Source: Candidatus Versatilivorator sp. (lineage in GTDB: Bacteria; Acidobacteriota; Terriglobia; Versatilivoradales; Versatilivoraceae). From it: DNA of 64,000 nt. The stretch is from assembly GCA_965207735.1 (NCBI GenBank), contig OZ242296.1, positions 480,001 through 544,000 of the forward strand, written 5' to 3'. The position numbers and the translations under genes are program-made. Under the pieces are notes generated by a model. It was not told where the DNA came from. It saw only the letters and a program-made list of their open reading frames with translations, and did not search any database. This document shows positions 30,068 through 39,423 of this stretch, piece by piece (positions within the stretch are counted from its first letter, which is position 1; each line of letters starts with the position of its first letter).

Positions 30068-30511
30068 TTATGCCGAAGACCTCAGCAGGGAGGCGTATTC
30101 CTCGGGGAGGGTTTTGGGTCTGCCGTTTCGGTCCAGGACGATATGAGTGGTGCTGCCCGTAGCCACCAGAACGCCGCCGTTCTTCTTGATAATCTCGTAG
30201 CGAAAGTTCAAGGTCCGCTTCCGCAAGGATTCGATGGCGGTGCGAATCTGCAGGACCTCGTCGTAAAGGGCGGGGGAGTGGTAACGGCAGCGGGCTTCCG
30301 CCACGGCCAGGTAGGCCTGGGTGTTGGATTCCATTTCAGCGTAGGAGAATCCCCGATCCCGGCACACCTCGGAACGTCCGACCTCGAACCAGACCAGGTA
30401 GTTGGAGTAGTAGGCCACCCCCATCTGGTCCGTTTCGGCGTAGCGTACCCGAATTTCAGTGGTCACCCAACGGGTCGGGAACTGAGATGAGCGCCGGAGC
30501 CGCTCGGGCAT
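30068..30511 (-). CDS. YbgC/FadM-family acyl-CoA thioesterase (start uncertain)
   Basis: RVRYAETDQMGVAYYSNYLVWFEVGR. Confidence 0.9.
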   Translation of the reverse strand: MPERLRRSSQFPTRWVTTEIRVRYAETDQMGVAYYSNYLVWFEVGRSEVCRDRGFSYAEMESNTQAYLAVAEARCRYHSPALYDEVLQIRTAIESLRKRTLNFRYEIIKKNGGVLVATGSTTHIVLDRNGRPKTLPEEYASLLRSSA

Positions 30512-30523
30512 GAGAGTCGGCAT

Positions 30524-30660
30524 TTAACCCGTATTTCCCACCAGGTCGCTGGTGGCGTCACGAAGAGTAGTTTATCTTCAGTACCTTGATTGGCCTCATG
30601 TAAAGGGCTAATCGGTAACAGACTAGGCTGGGCATGCCCCCTGGTGAGAAATGCGGGCTG
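30524..30660. mobile_element. CTAG-ended MITE family, full copy
   Basis: TTAA-CCCGTATTTCCCACC ... GGTGAGAAATGCGGG-CTG; by eye ~80% identical to the reverse complement of 33935-34072. Confidence 0.85.
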
Positions 30661-30690
30661 AAGCGTCCGCTTGGCGGTGGAGAGCTCTGC

Positions 30691-31242
30691 TTATTGGCTC
30701 CCCGAAGTGGAACCGGCGGAGGCAGCAGAGTTGTTGAACTGGTCAATGACCTCCTGAGTGATCTCTATGGCGGGATTGACGAAGGCAACCTCCTGAGAAA
30801 AGTTCACAATTAGTGAAATGTTGTTCTCCTGAGCATATTTTGCAACCACGGGTCTCAGTTGGCTGGCGATCTGGCGCACGATTTGCTGTTGCCTCTCACT
30901 GAATTCTTTTTGAGCGTCTTCCTGGTCCCGCTTCAGTTGAGTGTTCTTGGATTCGATATTCCTGTTCAGAGCCCTCTGGGCATCGGGATTCAGCGAGGCT
31001 GACTGCTCAACCAGTTGCCGCTGCAGGGTGGAGATCTCGTTGGTTTTCTGCTGTAACTCGGCCCTTTTGGCGGCCACCATTTTCTCGAACTCGGCAAAAA
31101 GCCTCTTGCCTTCGCTGGACTCACGGATCACGGCCGAGTAGTTGAGCACCGCCACCTTTCCGTTGGAACTCTGGGCGAACGCGTTTGCAGACAGGATTGA
31201 TACTCCGGCCAGCAGGCTGAGGATGAATTTCTTGGTCGGCAT
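30691..31242 (-). CDS. skp: OmpH/Skp periplasmic chaperone
   Basis: Signal peptide ending ANAFA, KVAVLN, long coiled coil, C-terminal EITQEVI; downstream of rseP. Confidence 0.85.
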   Translation of the reverse strand: MPTKKFILSLLAGVSILSANAFAQSSNGKVAVLNYSAVIRESSEGKRLFAEFEKMVAAKRAELQQKTNEISTLQRQLVEQSASLNPDAQRALNRNIESKNTQLKRDQEDAQKEFSERQQQIVRQIASQLRPVVAKYAQENNISLIVNFSQEVAFVNPAIEITQEVIDQFNNSAASAGSTSGSQ

Positions 31243-31329
31243 CTTCAGTACTCCTTGACTCAAGGATTGCGGGAGAACCCCTCCCTTTCCAATATGATAC
31301 ACGTGCGAACGCGATTTTGGCTACAGAGG

Positions 31330-32676
31330 TTAGGGAAAGTACTTTCCCAGGGATGCGGGAAGTGACTTGATGATGTCGTTGTAGGTCACTGCCACGACCA
31401 GCAGGATCACCATGACGACACCCACCTGGGTCACCTTCTCCCGGACGCTCAAGCTGAGGTCGCGTCCAACCAGAGACTCGACCAGAATGATGGCGATGAC
31501 TCCGCCGTCCAGGATGGGGATGGGCAACAAATTGACGATTCCCAGGTTGATGCTGATCACGGCGACGAACAGGATCAAATCGGAGATGCCGGACTTGGCG
31601 GCCAAGCTGGACTGTCTGGCAATCGCAATCGGACCGCCGACCATGCTCACCGGCGCCGTACCCCGAATCAGCCGATGAAGGAACTCGAATAACAGTCCTC
31701 CAAAGCGGACATTCCGCTCGATGGAAGCGTCCAGCGCCTCCAGCAGCGAGAGTTGCTTGACGGTGGTTCTGACCATGGGGGTGAGCATGACCCCGATCAT
31801 CCGTCTTTGGGTGGTTTCGTCCACATAGGGGGTGACTTGGAAATTCAGCTCCCGGCCGTTGCGGAGGACGGTGATGGGAATGACGGGGTCGCGGTTACGG
31901 TCCATCGCATCCACCAGATCGAGCCCGGCCTGACTGAGCAATACACCGCCCACCTTGACTACCTGGTCTCCCGGCAGAATGCCCGCTTCGGCGGCGGGTT
32001 TGCCCGCCAGTACCTCCTGTACCCGAACCGAGGCCAGTTCGAAGGGGGCAATGCCCAGGTAGCCGGCACTATCCCGGCCTCGGGCTGCGGGCGTCAGAGT
32101 CAAGGGGAAGGTCTCTCCTTCTCGCTGGACCTGCATTTGCAGGGGGACTCCGGGACTGATGGTCACCTCCAGCAGAAACTCTTCCCAGGTGGGGTTGTGC
32201 CGAGCGCCGGCAGCGACGATACGGTCACCCGGCCTGAGATCGGCTCCAAGAGCAGGGGAGTCGGACTTGATCAGGCCCACCACCACGCCTTCCCGGGGCC
32301 AGAGGGGAACCTCGTATTGGTAGTAGAATAGTCCGGTCAGCAGGACCACCGCCAGCACACCGTTCATGACCGGGCCCATTACGGCCACAATGAATCGCTG
32401 CCACTTGGGGTGGGAAAGGAACTCTTCAATCCCCCCGGTCACGTCGTCCGGGTTTTCACCCGCCATCTTGACGTACCCGCCCAGGGGAATAGCGCAGACC
32501 TTGTAGTCCGTTTCCCCGCGGCGGAAGCCGAAAAGACGGGGACCGAATCCGACCGAAAAGGCTTCGACGCGAATCTTGAAGAACTTGGCCGCGCCAAAGT
32601 GGCCCAGTTCATGGACCACCACCACGGTCCCGAACACCACCAAGACGGCCACAACACCCCACAGGAAATCGATCAT
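31330..32676 (-). CDS. rseP: RIP metalloprotease RseP
   Basis: HELGH, GGYVKM, two PDZ domains, NLLPIPILDGG. Confidence 0.96.
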   Translation of the reverse strand: MIDFLWGVVAVLVVFGTVVVVHELGHFGAAKFFKIRVEAFSVGFGPRLFGFRRGETDYKVCAIPLGGYVKMAGENPDDVTGGIEEFLSHPKWQRFIVAVMGPVMNGVLAVVLLTGLFYYQYEVPLWPREGVVVGLIKSDSPALGADLRPGDRIVAAGARHNPTWEEFLLEVTISPGVPLQMQVQREGETFPLTLTPAARGRDSAGYLGIAPFELASVRVQEVLAGKPAAEAGILPGDQVVKVGGVLLSQAGLDLVDAMDRNRDPVIPITVLRNGRELNFQVTPYVDETTQRRMIGVMLTPMVRTTVKQLSLLEALDASIERNVRFGGLLFEFLHRLIRGTAPVSMVGGPIAIARQSSLAAKSGISDLILFVAVISINLGIVNLLPIPILDGGVIAIILVESLVGRDLSLSVREKVTQVGVVMVILLVVAVTYNDIIKSLPASLGKYFP

Positions 32677-32740
32677 CTCAGCCTTTTGTCCGCCCGGAAA
32701 AAACCGTCGATCCCCCGCCGGGATCGGCGCTCCGGGTGTC

Positions 32741-33916
32741 CTAACTGAAGTCCTTTTGAATCAAGCGGCGGGTTTCTCTTCGCACGGATTCATCATACTC
32801 CAGAATTTCTGCGATCGAAGAGAATTTGCCCACCCCGTTCGCCTGCTCCATCATCTTGGCGACGATTCGGGGAATTCCGGCAAAGCTGATCTCTCTCTGC
32901 AGGAAGGCTGCTACCGCCACTTCATCGGCCGCGTTGAGCGTGCAGGGCAGGGCTCCCAATTGACGAGCAGCCCGGTAGGCTAGGCCCAGGCAGGGAAAAT
33001 TCTCAGAATCGGGAAGCAGGAACTCCAACTTGGCCACTTGTCTCAGGTCCAGCCCCCGCCTGGGGCTTGGAAGGCGCCGAGGGTAATTGAGGGCATACAG
33101 GAGCGGTTGCCCCATGTCGGTGATTCCGAGCTGAGCGATCATGGAACCGTCCACGAATTCCACCAGGGAGTGGACGATGGACTGGGGATGAACCCAGACC
33201 GAGATTTGCCCGACATCGAGGTCAAAGAGCCAGCGTGCTTCCAGGACCTCCAATCCCTTGTTCATCATGGTCGCGGAGTCAACGGTGATACGGTCGCCCA
33301 TTTTCCAGGTCGGATGACGCAAAGCCATCTCGGGGGTGACTTGGCTGAGTTGCTCGCTGCTGTGGCCCAAAAAGGGGCCCCCGGATGCCGTGAGGATGAC
33401 TCGTGCGACTTCGCTGGCATGGCCGCAACGCAGACACTGGTGGATCGCGTTGTGTTCGCTGTCGACGGGGATGAGCTGCACCCCGTTGCGGCGGGCCAGT
33501 TCCGTAACCAGTTCTCCCGCAACCACCAGCACTTCCTTGTTAGCCAAGGCGATCTGCTTGCCGCTTTCGATGGCCCGGCAGGTGGGAGCCAGTCCGGCGA
33601 CTCCTACGATAGAGCTCACCACCAAGTCGGTTTCGGGGTGGGTAGCCACGCGCAGCAGGCCTTCCTCCCCAACCACGATCTCGGGCCGGGAGGACGGAGC
33701 CAGGTGTCCCAGCTTTTGGGCCAGTTCCGTTAAGGCTTCCCGGGTGGACACGGATACCAGCTCGGGGTGGAACCTGCCAACCTGATCGGCCAGCTCGGTC
33801 GTGTTGCGGCCGGCAGCCAGGGCGACTACTCTAAACTCACTGGGCAGCTCTTCCACCACCTGCAGGCAGTTTCGGCCCACGGAACCGGTTGACCCTAGCA
33901 AGGATATTGTTTTCAT
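32741..33916 (-). CDS. dxr: 1-deoxy-D-xylulose 5-phosphate reductoisomerase
   Basis: LGSTGSVG, LANKE, PVDSEH, HPTWKMG, DSATMMNKGLE. Confidence 0.97.
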   Translation of the reverse strand: MKTISLLGSTGSVGRNCLQVVEELPSEFRVVALAAGRNTTELADQVGRFHPELVSVSTREALTELAQKLGHLAPSSRPEIVVGEEGLLRVATHPETDLVVSSIVGVAGLAPTCRAIESGKQIALANKEVLVVAGELVTELARRNGVQLIPVDSEHNAIHQCLRCGHASEVARVILTASGGPFLGHSSEQLSQVTPEMALRHPTWKMGDRITVDSATMMNKGLEVLEARWLFDLDVGQISVWVHPQSIVHSLVEFVDGSMIAQLGITDMGQPLLYALNYPRRLPSPRRGLDLRQVAKLEFLLPDSENFPCLGLAYRAARQLGALPCTLNAADEVAVAAFLQREISFAGIPRIVAKMMEQANGVGKFSSIAEILEYDESVRRETRRLIQKDFS

Positions 33917-33934
33917 GACCTTGAGAGTTGCGGA

Positions 33935-34072
33935 CTAGCTTGCATTTCTCACCTGGGGGCATGCCCAGCGCAGTTTGTTACCCGCAAGCCCTTACCATGG
34001 AGCCGATCAAGGTAGTGAAGATAAACTACTTTTCGTCTTGGCACCAGCGACTTGGTGAGAAATGCGGACTAG
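33935..34072. mobile_element. CTAG-ended MITE family, full copy (138 bp)
   Basis: CTAG-CTTGCATTTCTCACC ... GGTGAGAAATGCGGA-CTAG; the right CTAG contains the cdsA stop codon. Confidence 0.88.
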
Positions 34073-34875
34073 GCCCCTTCAAACAGGTTCAAGTAGAAAT
34101 ACAGCAATGGGGACGCGAACAAGACTCCGTCGATACGATCCAGCATTCCACCGTGGCCGGGGAGGAGGTTGGACGATTCCTTGCTCCGGGAGCCCCGCTT
34201 GATGGCCGACTCGGCCAAATCTCCCACTTGGCCGGCGACCCCCAGGGACCAGCAGAGCAGAAAGCGGGGAATCAGAGGGAACTGGGGAATGAGAACTTGG
34301 CCCACCAGGGCCGCCAGGCTGTTTCCCAACACGGCGCCGACGGCTCCCTCCCAGGTCTTTCCGGGACTGATTCTGGGAGCCAGCGGGTGCTTCCCCAGCA
34401 GGCCGCCGATGTAGTAGGCGGCCGTGTCCCCCAGCCAGATGGTCAGCAAGAGAAACAGTATCCACTCCGGCCCGTCACCTTGGGGGCGGTTGTGGATGGC
34501 CACAAGGAAGCCCAGAGTGGTGGAGATATAGACCAGGCCCAGCAGGGTCACTCCGCAGGTTGACAGCGTTTCCTGCAGCTTGCGCCCTGGTCGAAGAGTC
34601 AGCACAAGGCAGGTCATCGTCGCCAGGACCAACAACCAGAAAACGGCCGAGTGGTCGGCGGGAGAGTAATAGAAGCTCCCGACCAGCAGAAGCGAAAAAG
34701 CATGGGCGGCCCCTCGGAAACCGCGGATGCCGGAGCTTCTGGACAGCCGAAAGAACTCCTCCAGAGCAACGGCCGCGCCCCCTGCAACAACTGCCAGGAA
34801 ACACCAGGACGGCAGGAAACCGACCACGCCGATCAGCGGGGGAACCAGCACAACGGCTGTCAGCCAGCGTTTCAT
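34069..34875 (-). CDS. cdsA: Phosphatidate cytidylyltransferase
   Basis: DTAAY, ISPGKTWEG, GDLAESAIKR, LLPGHGGMLDRID. Confidence 0.95.
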   Translation of the reverse strand: MKRWLTAVVLVPPLIGVVGFLPSWCFLAVVAGGAAVALEEFFRLSRSSGIRGFRGAAHAFSLLLVGSFYYSPADHSAVFWLLVLATMTCLVLTLRPGRKLQETLSTCGVTLLGLVYISTTLGFLVAIHNRPQGDGPEWILFLLLTIWLGDTAAYYIGGLLGKHPLAPRISPGKTWEGAVGAVLGNSLAALVGQVLIPQFPLIPRFLLCWSLGVAGQVGDLAESAIKRGSRSKESSNLLPGHGGMLDRIDGVLFASPLLYFYLNLFEGA

Positions 34876-35681
34876 TGATTCGCCAAGCCTCCATAGCGTC
34901 GCTCCCGGGACTGATAGGAAAGTACAGCCTCGAAAAAATCCTTCCGTCGAAAATCGGGCCAAAGGGTAGTGGTCACCCAGATTTCGGAATAGGCAATCTG
35001 CCACAGCAGGAAGTTGCTGATTCGCAGTTCCCCACTGGTCCGAATCAGCAGGTCCGGATCCGGCTGGCCGGCGGTATAAAGGCACTGGGCAATCGACTCT
35101 TCGTCGATGGCCGCCTCATTCTGTCCTCCGTTCCGGCGTTGCCGCCACAGCGCGTTGAAGGCGTCGACCAACTCCGCCCGCCCGCCGTAGTTGAGCGCTA
35201 CGTTGAAGCGCAGGCCGCTGTTGCCGGAAGTCTTCTCCCTGGCCCATTCGAGCTCCCGCTGAATGGAGCGGTCCAATTCCTGAGTGCGCCCCAAAGTGCC
35301 AAAACGGATGTCATTGGCCATCAAATTGGCAATTTCCTTGTTCAGGTACTCTTTGAGCAAACTCATCAAGGTGGCGATCTCGCTTCGGGGGCGCTTCCAG
35401 TTCTCAATGGAGAACGCGTACAGGGTCAGGATTCGTAGCTTGAGACGAGCCGCGGTCTCCAGCGTCTCTCTCACCGAGGCAATGCCGGCCCGGTGCCCGG
35501 CCACCCGAGGTAAGAGGCGTTGTTGGGCCCAGCGGCCGTTTCCATCCATGATGATGGCCACATGCTGAGGAATGCTGTCGAGGTCCAACTGCTCGAACAG
35601 CCGGCGGTCTTCTTCGTCTTTTCCCCAGTGGGGAGCGAAATTTCGTTGAATTTCGCGGCTGTTTCCTGACATGGGCCTCAT
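34872..35681 (-). CDS. uppS: Undecaprenyl diphosphate synthase
   Basis: HVAIIMDGNGRWA, YAFSIENWKRP, NYGGR, IRTSGELRISNFLLWQ. Confidence 0.97.
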   Translation of the reverse strand: MRPMSGNSREIQRNFAPHWGKDEEDRRLFEQLDLDSIPQHVAIIMDGNGRWAQQRLLPRVAGHRAGIASVRETLETAARLKLRILTLYAFSIENWKRPRSEIATLMSLLKEYLNKEIANLMANDIRFGTLGRTQELDRSIQRELEWAREKTSGNSGLRFNVALNYGGRAELVDAFNALWRQRRNGGQNEAAIDEESIAQCLYTAGQPDPDLLIRTSGELRISNFLLWQIAYSEIWVTTTLWPDFRRKDFFEAVLSYQSRERRYGGLANQ

Positions 35682-35830
35682 CCCGTATGGACTGCGGTCG
35701 AGCGAGCCGTTGAGATATGCGGGCTATGATCAGGGCAATGCCCTGGCCGCGGGGTTTCCGATTCCAGCCCGGGGTGACGGGGAGCCGGCCTGGAGAATCC
35801 GCGCCTCTTGACCTTGCGGGCTAGGGCCAT

Positions 35831-36043
35831 CCCGCATTTCTCACCACGGGCTGAACTCACGAGGCGAGTTCAGGTATGGTACTACCTTCAGGGGAGCATT
35901 TGCGCGTTGAAGGGAAAAAGACAAGCCAGGACGCGCCCCGCACCGCATGTAAGTGCAAACCATCACAATAGCACCAACAAACTGTTGAAAACAAACGGTC
36001 TTTACAGGCTGTACCAGCGTCTCGGTGAGAGGTGCGGGTTTAG
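35831..36043. mobile_element. MITE with the same terminal repeats but a different ~180-bp interior
   Basis: CCCGCATTTCTCACC (35831) ... ACCAGCGTCTCGGTGAGAGGTGCGGG-TTTAG; the right end overlaps the truA TAA. Extra terminal-repeat fragments at 35711-35726 and 35814-35824. Confidence 0.75.
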
Positions 36044-36843
36044 TAAAAGACCCGGACCAGGAAAAGCCCTTTGGCTGGAGCGGTCGGGCCGGCTCTGGAA
36101 CGGTTTTTCGATTCCAGTATGGCAGGGATGGCTTCCACCGGGAGCTTGCCCCTGCCTACTTCCAAAAAGGTGCCGACCAGGTTCCTGACCATGTGGTGCA
36201 GAAACCCGTCAGCACAGACGTTATATTCCAGAAGTTTTCGCCGGGTGTCAAACACAAAAAGGGAGGAGGTAACCCGGCGGATCTTGCACTTCGCTTGGCT
36301 GTCGGCGTCGCAAAAGGCGCTGAAGTCTTGCCTTCCCACCACCAATTCGGCGGCCCGATTCAACTTCTCATAGTCGAGACTTCGGTAGAAGTGATGGACA
36401 TAGGGGTATTCGAAGGGAGGGCACCAGGGCGTGTTCAAGATTCGATATCGATAGTGTTTGGTTCGGGCGTGGCGGCGGGCGTGGAAATCGGCCGCGACCT
36501 GCTCAATTCCGGTAATACGAATCGTTGCCGGAAGCCGGGAGTTCAAGGCCTTCCAGAGACTGGACGATTCCATGTGCGAGGTCGTATGGAAATGACAGAC
36601 CTGGGCCAGAGCATGAGTTCCGGCGTCGGTTCTTCCCGAGCCGCAGACATGGACCGGCTCCCGCACGATGCTCTCCAGCGTCCGGGTCAGTTCTCCCTGG
36701 ATGGTTCGGAGTCGGGGCTGGATCTGCCATCCGTGATAGCCGGTCCCATCGTACTGGACCTCCAGCCGCAGGTTTCGCGGACGCGACCGCGGGCCTTGCG
36801 AAGAGTCATGACGGCCTGGAGAGGGGGCAGGGTCGGAAAGCAT
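36040..36843 (-). CDS. truA: tRNA pseudouridine(38-40) synthase
   Basis: YDGTGYHGWQ, GSGRTDAGTHA, FHAR, GFLHHMVR, TAPAKGL. Confidence 0.96.
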   Translation of the reverse strand: MLSDPAPSPGRHDSSQGPRSRPRNLRLEVQYDGTGYHGWQIQPRLRTIQGELTRTLESIVREPVHVCGSGRTDAGTHALAQVCHFHTTSHMESSSLWKALNSRLPATIRITGIEQVAADFHARRHARTKHYRYRILNTPWCPPFEYPYVHHFYRSLDYEKLNRAAELVVGRQDFSAFCDADSQAKCKIRRVTSSLFVFDTRRKLLEYNVCADGFLHHMVRNLVGTFLEVGRGKLPVEAIPAILESKNRSRAGPTAPAKGLFLVRVFY

Positions 36844-36883
36844 CTCTATCTAGTTTCGCACCGGGCTTGACCGGCCCCGCGGG

Positions 36884-37456
36884 TCAGGTGCGGCTGCCCG
36901 GTTTGCGGGGTTTGGAACCGGATTCGCAAAGCGGACACTCTTCAGGAGGGAAGGTAGGAATATTCAGGCTCCATAGGCAGTGGTGGATCACACCCGGAAG
37001 TGCCTGCCCGCCACTTCGATCGACAATAGAGGCCACGCCGACTGGGATGGCTCCGTGGTCTTCCACCAGAGCCATCGTTTCCCGGGTCGATCCTCCGGTG
37101 GTGACGACGTCGTCGACGATGAGAGCCTTCTCTCCCTTACGGATCCGGAAGCCGCGCCGAAGCCTCATGACATCACCCTGGCGTTCCGCGAAGACTGCCC
37201 GGCGACCGAGGCTTCGGCCGAGCTCGTGTCCGATGATGATGGCGCCCATGGCCGGGGAAACGACCAGGTCGGGTTTTTCCGGGCCCATGAGGGCAGTCAG
37301 TCGGTCCGCACACCACTCGGCGTGCCTGGGCCACTGCAGGACCTTGGCGCATTGGAGGTATTGAGGACTGTGAAGTCCCGAACTGAGCAGGAAGTGTCCT
37401 TCCATGAAGGCTCCGGTATCGGTGAAGATCTTCCGGATGTGGTCTGAATTGGACAT
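36884..37456 (-). CDS. pyrE: Orotate phosphoribosyltransferase
   Basis: GHFLLSSGLHS..YLQCA, LIVDDVVTTGGS, CPLC...KPGSR. Confidence 0.95.
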   Translation of the reverse strand: MSNSDHIRKIFTDTGAFMEGHFLLSSGLHSPQYLQCAKVLQWPRHAEWCADRLTALMGPEKPDLVVSPAMGAIIIGHELGRSLGRRAVFAERQGDVMRLRRGFRIRKGEKALIVDDVVTTGGSTRETMALVEDHGAIPVGVASIVDRSGGQALPGVIHHCLWSLNIPTFPPEECPLCESGSKPRKPGSRT

Positions 37457-37662
37457 GGGCGGATTTGACGGGTCTGAAGGCAGGGATGGTAGCACCGGGC
37501 ATTCGGTAAATCAATTGAGGCAGCCGGGCGGTGTCAGACCGGCTGCAGGATGAGCTCCCCGGTTTGGAATTGTTGAAACCAACCCGGAAGGGAACACGTT
37601 TTTCAATACCGTGCTGCACATCATGGATACCTACGGCTGACCACTCAGAGAAGGAGCTGTTA

Positions 37663-39423
37663 ATGCCTCGAACTCAACACTTCATTTACGCCTTGTCCAG
37701 GGGATTGCTGCCCGTGTTGCTCGGGTTGGGCATTCTGACGGCCCCGACGGCCACGCTGGGCCAGTCGGTGTTTCCGCTTCCCGGCTGGTTCAAGGACAAT
37801 ATCGTTCGCCCCCCCATCCCGGAACGCCAAGGGAAGACCTCGGACTTTTTGAGCGGTCTGATGCAGCGGGACCAGGTGGGATTGACCGAAGCCGACGCCG
37901 TTCAGATGGTTCTGGAGAGCAATCTGGACGTGGTGGTGGAGCGCTTCGATCCCCGCATGTCCGAGTACGAGATCGACATGGCCTACCGGCTCTTCGATCC
38001 GACCCTTTCGATGACGATGGGTGCGAACAGAGATACGCGGCCGTTGACCAGCACGTTTCTGACCGGAACCGAGACCCAGACCAGCTTGTCCCATTCCGTC
38101 AACGTGGGAGTGAGCAAGCTCTTCGAGACCGGGACGCTCTTCGGAGTGGACTACACCAGCCAACGCGTCTCCGACAACAACCTGAGGAACTTTCTCAATC
38201 CCTACTGGCGGGCCTCCCTGACCGCATCCGTCAGCCAGCCGCTGCTCAGGAACTTCGGTCTCCTACCCAATACCCGCCTGATCAAAATCGCCCGCAACAA
38301 CAAGGACATCAGTCAGCATCTCTTCGAGCAGCAGGTCGTGCAACTGGTCAATCAAGTCCAGAACCTGTACTGGGACCTAGTCTTTGCCGGTAAGGACGTG
38401 GAGGTCAGGAGAAAGTCCCTGGACCTGGCCGTCAAAACCAACGAAGATAACAAGCGGATGGCCGAGATCGGAACCCTGGCGCCGATCGAAGTGGTTCAGT
38501 CGGAGGCCGAGATCGCCAACCGCAGGGAGGCGTTGATCCGGGCGGAGTACTCGCTGGCGCAAATGGAGGATCAGATGAAAAAGCTGATCTCCTCCCTGGG
38601 GGACCCCGGCAGGGTGGCAGTGAGGATCGTGCCTTTGGATTCCCTGGCCACCATGGACGATTTCAGGGACTTCGACCTGGTGCAGGCAGTGAGTTACGCC
38701 ATCGAGCAGCGACCGGAGATCAAGCAGCAGCGCAAGCGGATCGACAACTCGGGCATAGACCTGAAGTATTTCCGCAACCAGCTCCTTCCCGATGTTCGCT
38801 TCAACGTCAGCTACGGAACGGCGGCTCTGGAAGGAGTCAGCAGAGTATTCGAGGGGGGCGGGTTCGGTGGGTTGCCGTTTTTTGGGGGAACGCCTGTGGT
38901 TGCCGGCACCACCGGGTTGGGAGATGCCTTCAACCGGCTGCTGGGCTCGGATTTTCCCACCTATGGGGCTTCGGTCTCGGTTGAGATTCCCTTGAGCAAT
39001 CGGTCCCGGCGTGCGGACTATGCGAGAGCCAGCGTGGCCCGGCGTCAATCGCAAAAGAGGCTTCGCGCCCTGGAGCAGCAGATTGCCCTGGAGGTGCGCA
39101 ATGCCCACACCCAACTGGAAATGAACCGCGCCCGCATTGAAGCCACCCAAAAGGCTCGGGAGTTGGCAGAGCGGAACCTGGAGGCGGAGCAGAAGAAATT
39201 CCAGCTCGGCACCTCCCAGATTCGATTCGTGTTGGAGGAACAGGTGCGGCTTGCCGAAGCCCAGACCAATGAAGTCAACGCCCAGGTGAGCTTCACCAAG
39301 GCCAAGAGAGATCTGGACAGGGCCATGGGTAAGACGCTCGAGCTTCAGAACATCAGGGTCGGAGATGCGATTGCCGGAAATTTGGCTCCAAAGGGCTTGG
39401 GAAGGGAGGCCGGGGGAAGCTGA
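37663..39423 (+). CDS. TolC-family outer membrane efflux protein
   Basis: Signal peptide, QPLLRNFG, YWDLV, AEQKKFQLGTS; AAGGAG SD. Confidence 0.88.
   Translation: MPRTQHFIYALSRGLLPVLLGLGILTAPTATLGQSVFPLPGWFKDNIVRPPIPERQGKTSDFLSGLMQRDQVGLTEADAVQMVLESNLDVVVERFDPRMSEYEIDMAYRLFDPTLSMTMGANRDTRPLTSTFLTGTETQTSLSHSVNVGVSKLFETGTLFGVDYTSQRVSDNNLRNFLNPYWRASLTASVSQPLLRNFGLLPNTRLIKIARNNKDISQHLFEQQVVQLVNQVQNLYWDLVFAGKDVEVRRKSLDLAVKTNEDNKRMAEIGTLAPIEVVQSEAEIANRREALIRAEYSLAQMEDQMKKLISSLGDPGRVAVRIVPLDSLATMDDFRDFDLVQAVSYAIEQRPEIKQQRKRIDNSGIDLKYFRNQLLPDVRFNVSYGTAALEGVSRVFEGGGFGGLPFFGGTPVVAGTTGLGDAFNRLLGSDFPTYGASVSVEIPLSNRSRRADYARASVARRQSQKRLRALEQQIALEVRNAHTQLEMNRARIEATQKARELAERNLEAEQKKFQLGTSQIRFVLEEQVRLAEAQTNEVNAQVSFTKAKRDLDRAMGKTLELQNIRVGDAIAGNLAPKGLGREAGGS

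Noticed and set aside
30558-30746. Apparent small protein family (HFSPGGMPS...PIKV.KINY, HQRLGEKCG) in ORFs 30558..30746, 33928..34563, 16820..17086 and 35808..36188
   Set aside because: These are translations of the non-coding MITE; starts, stops and frames differ between copies.
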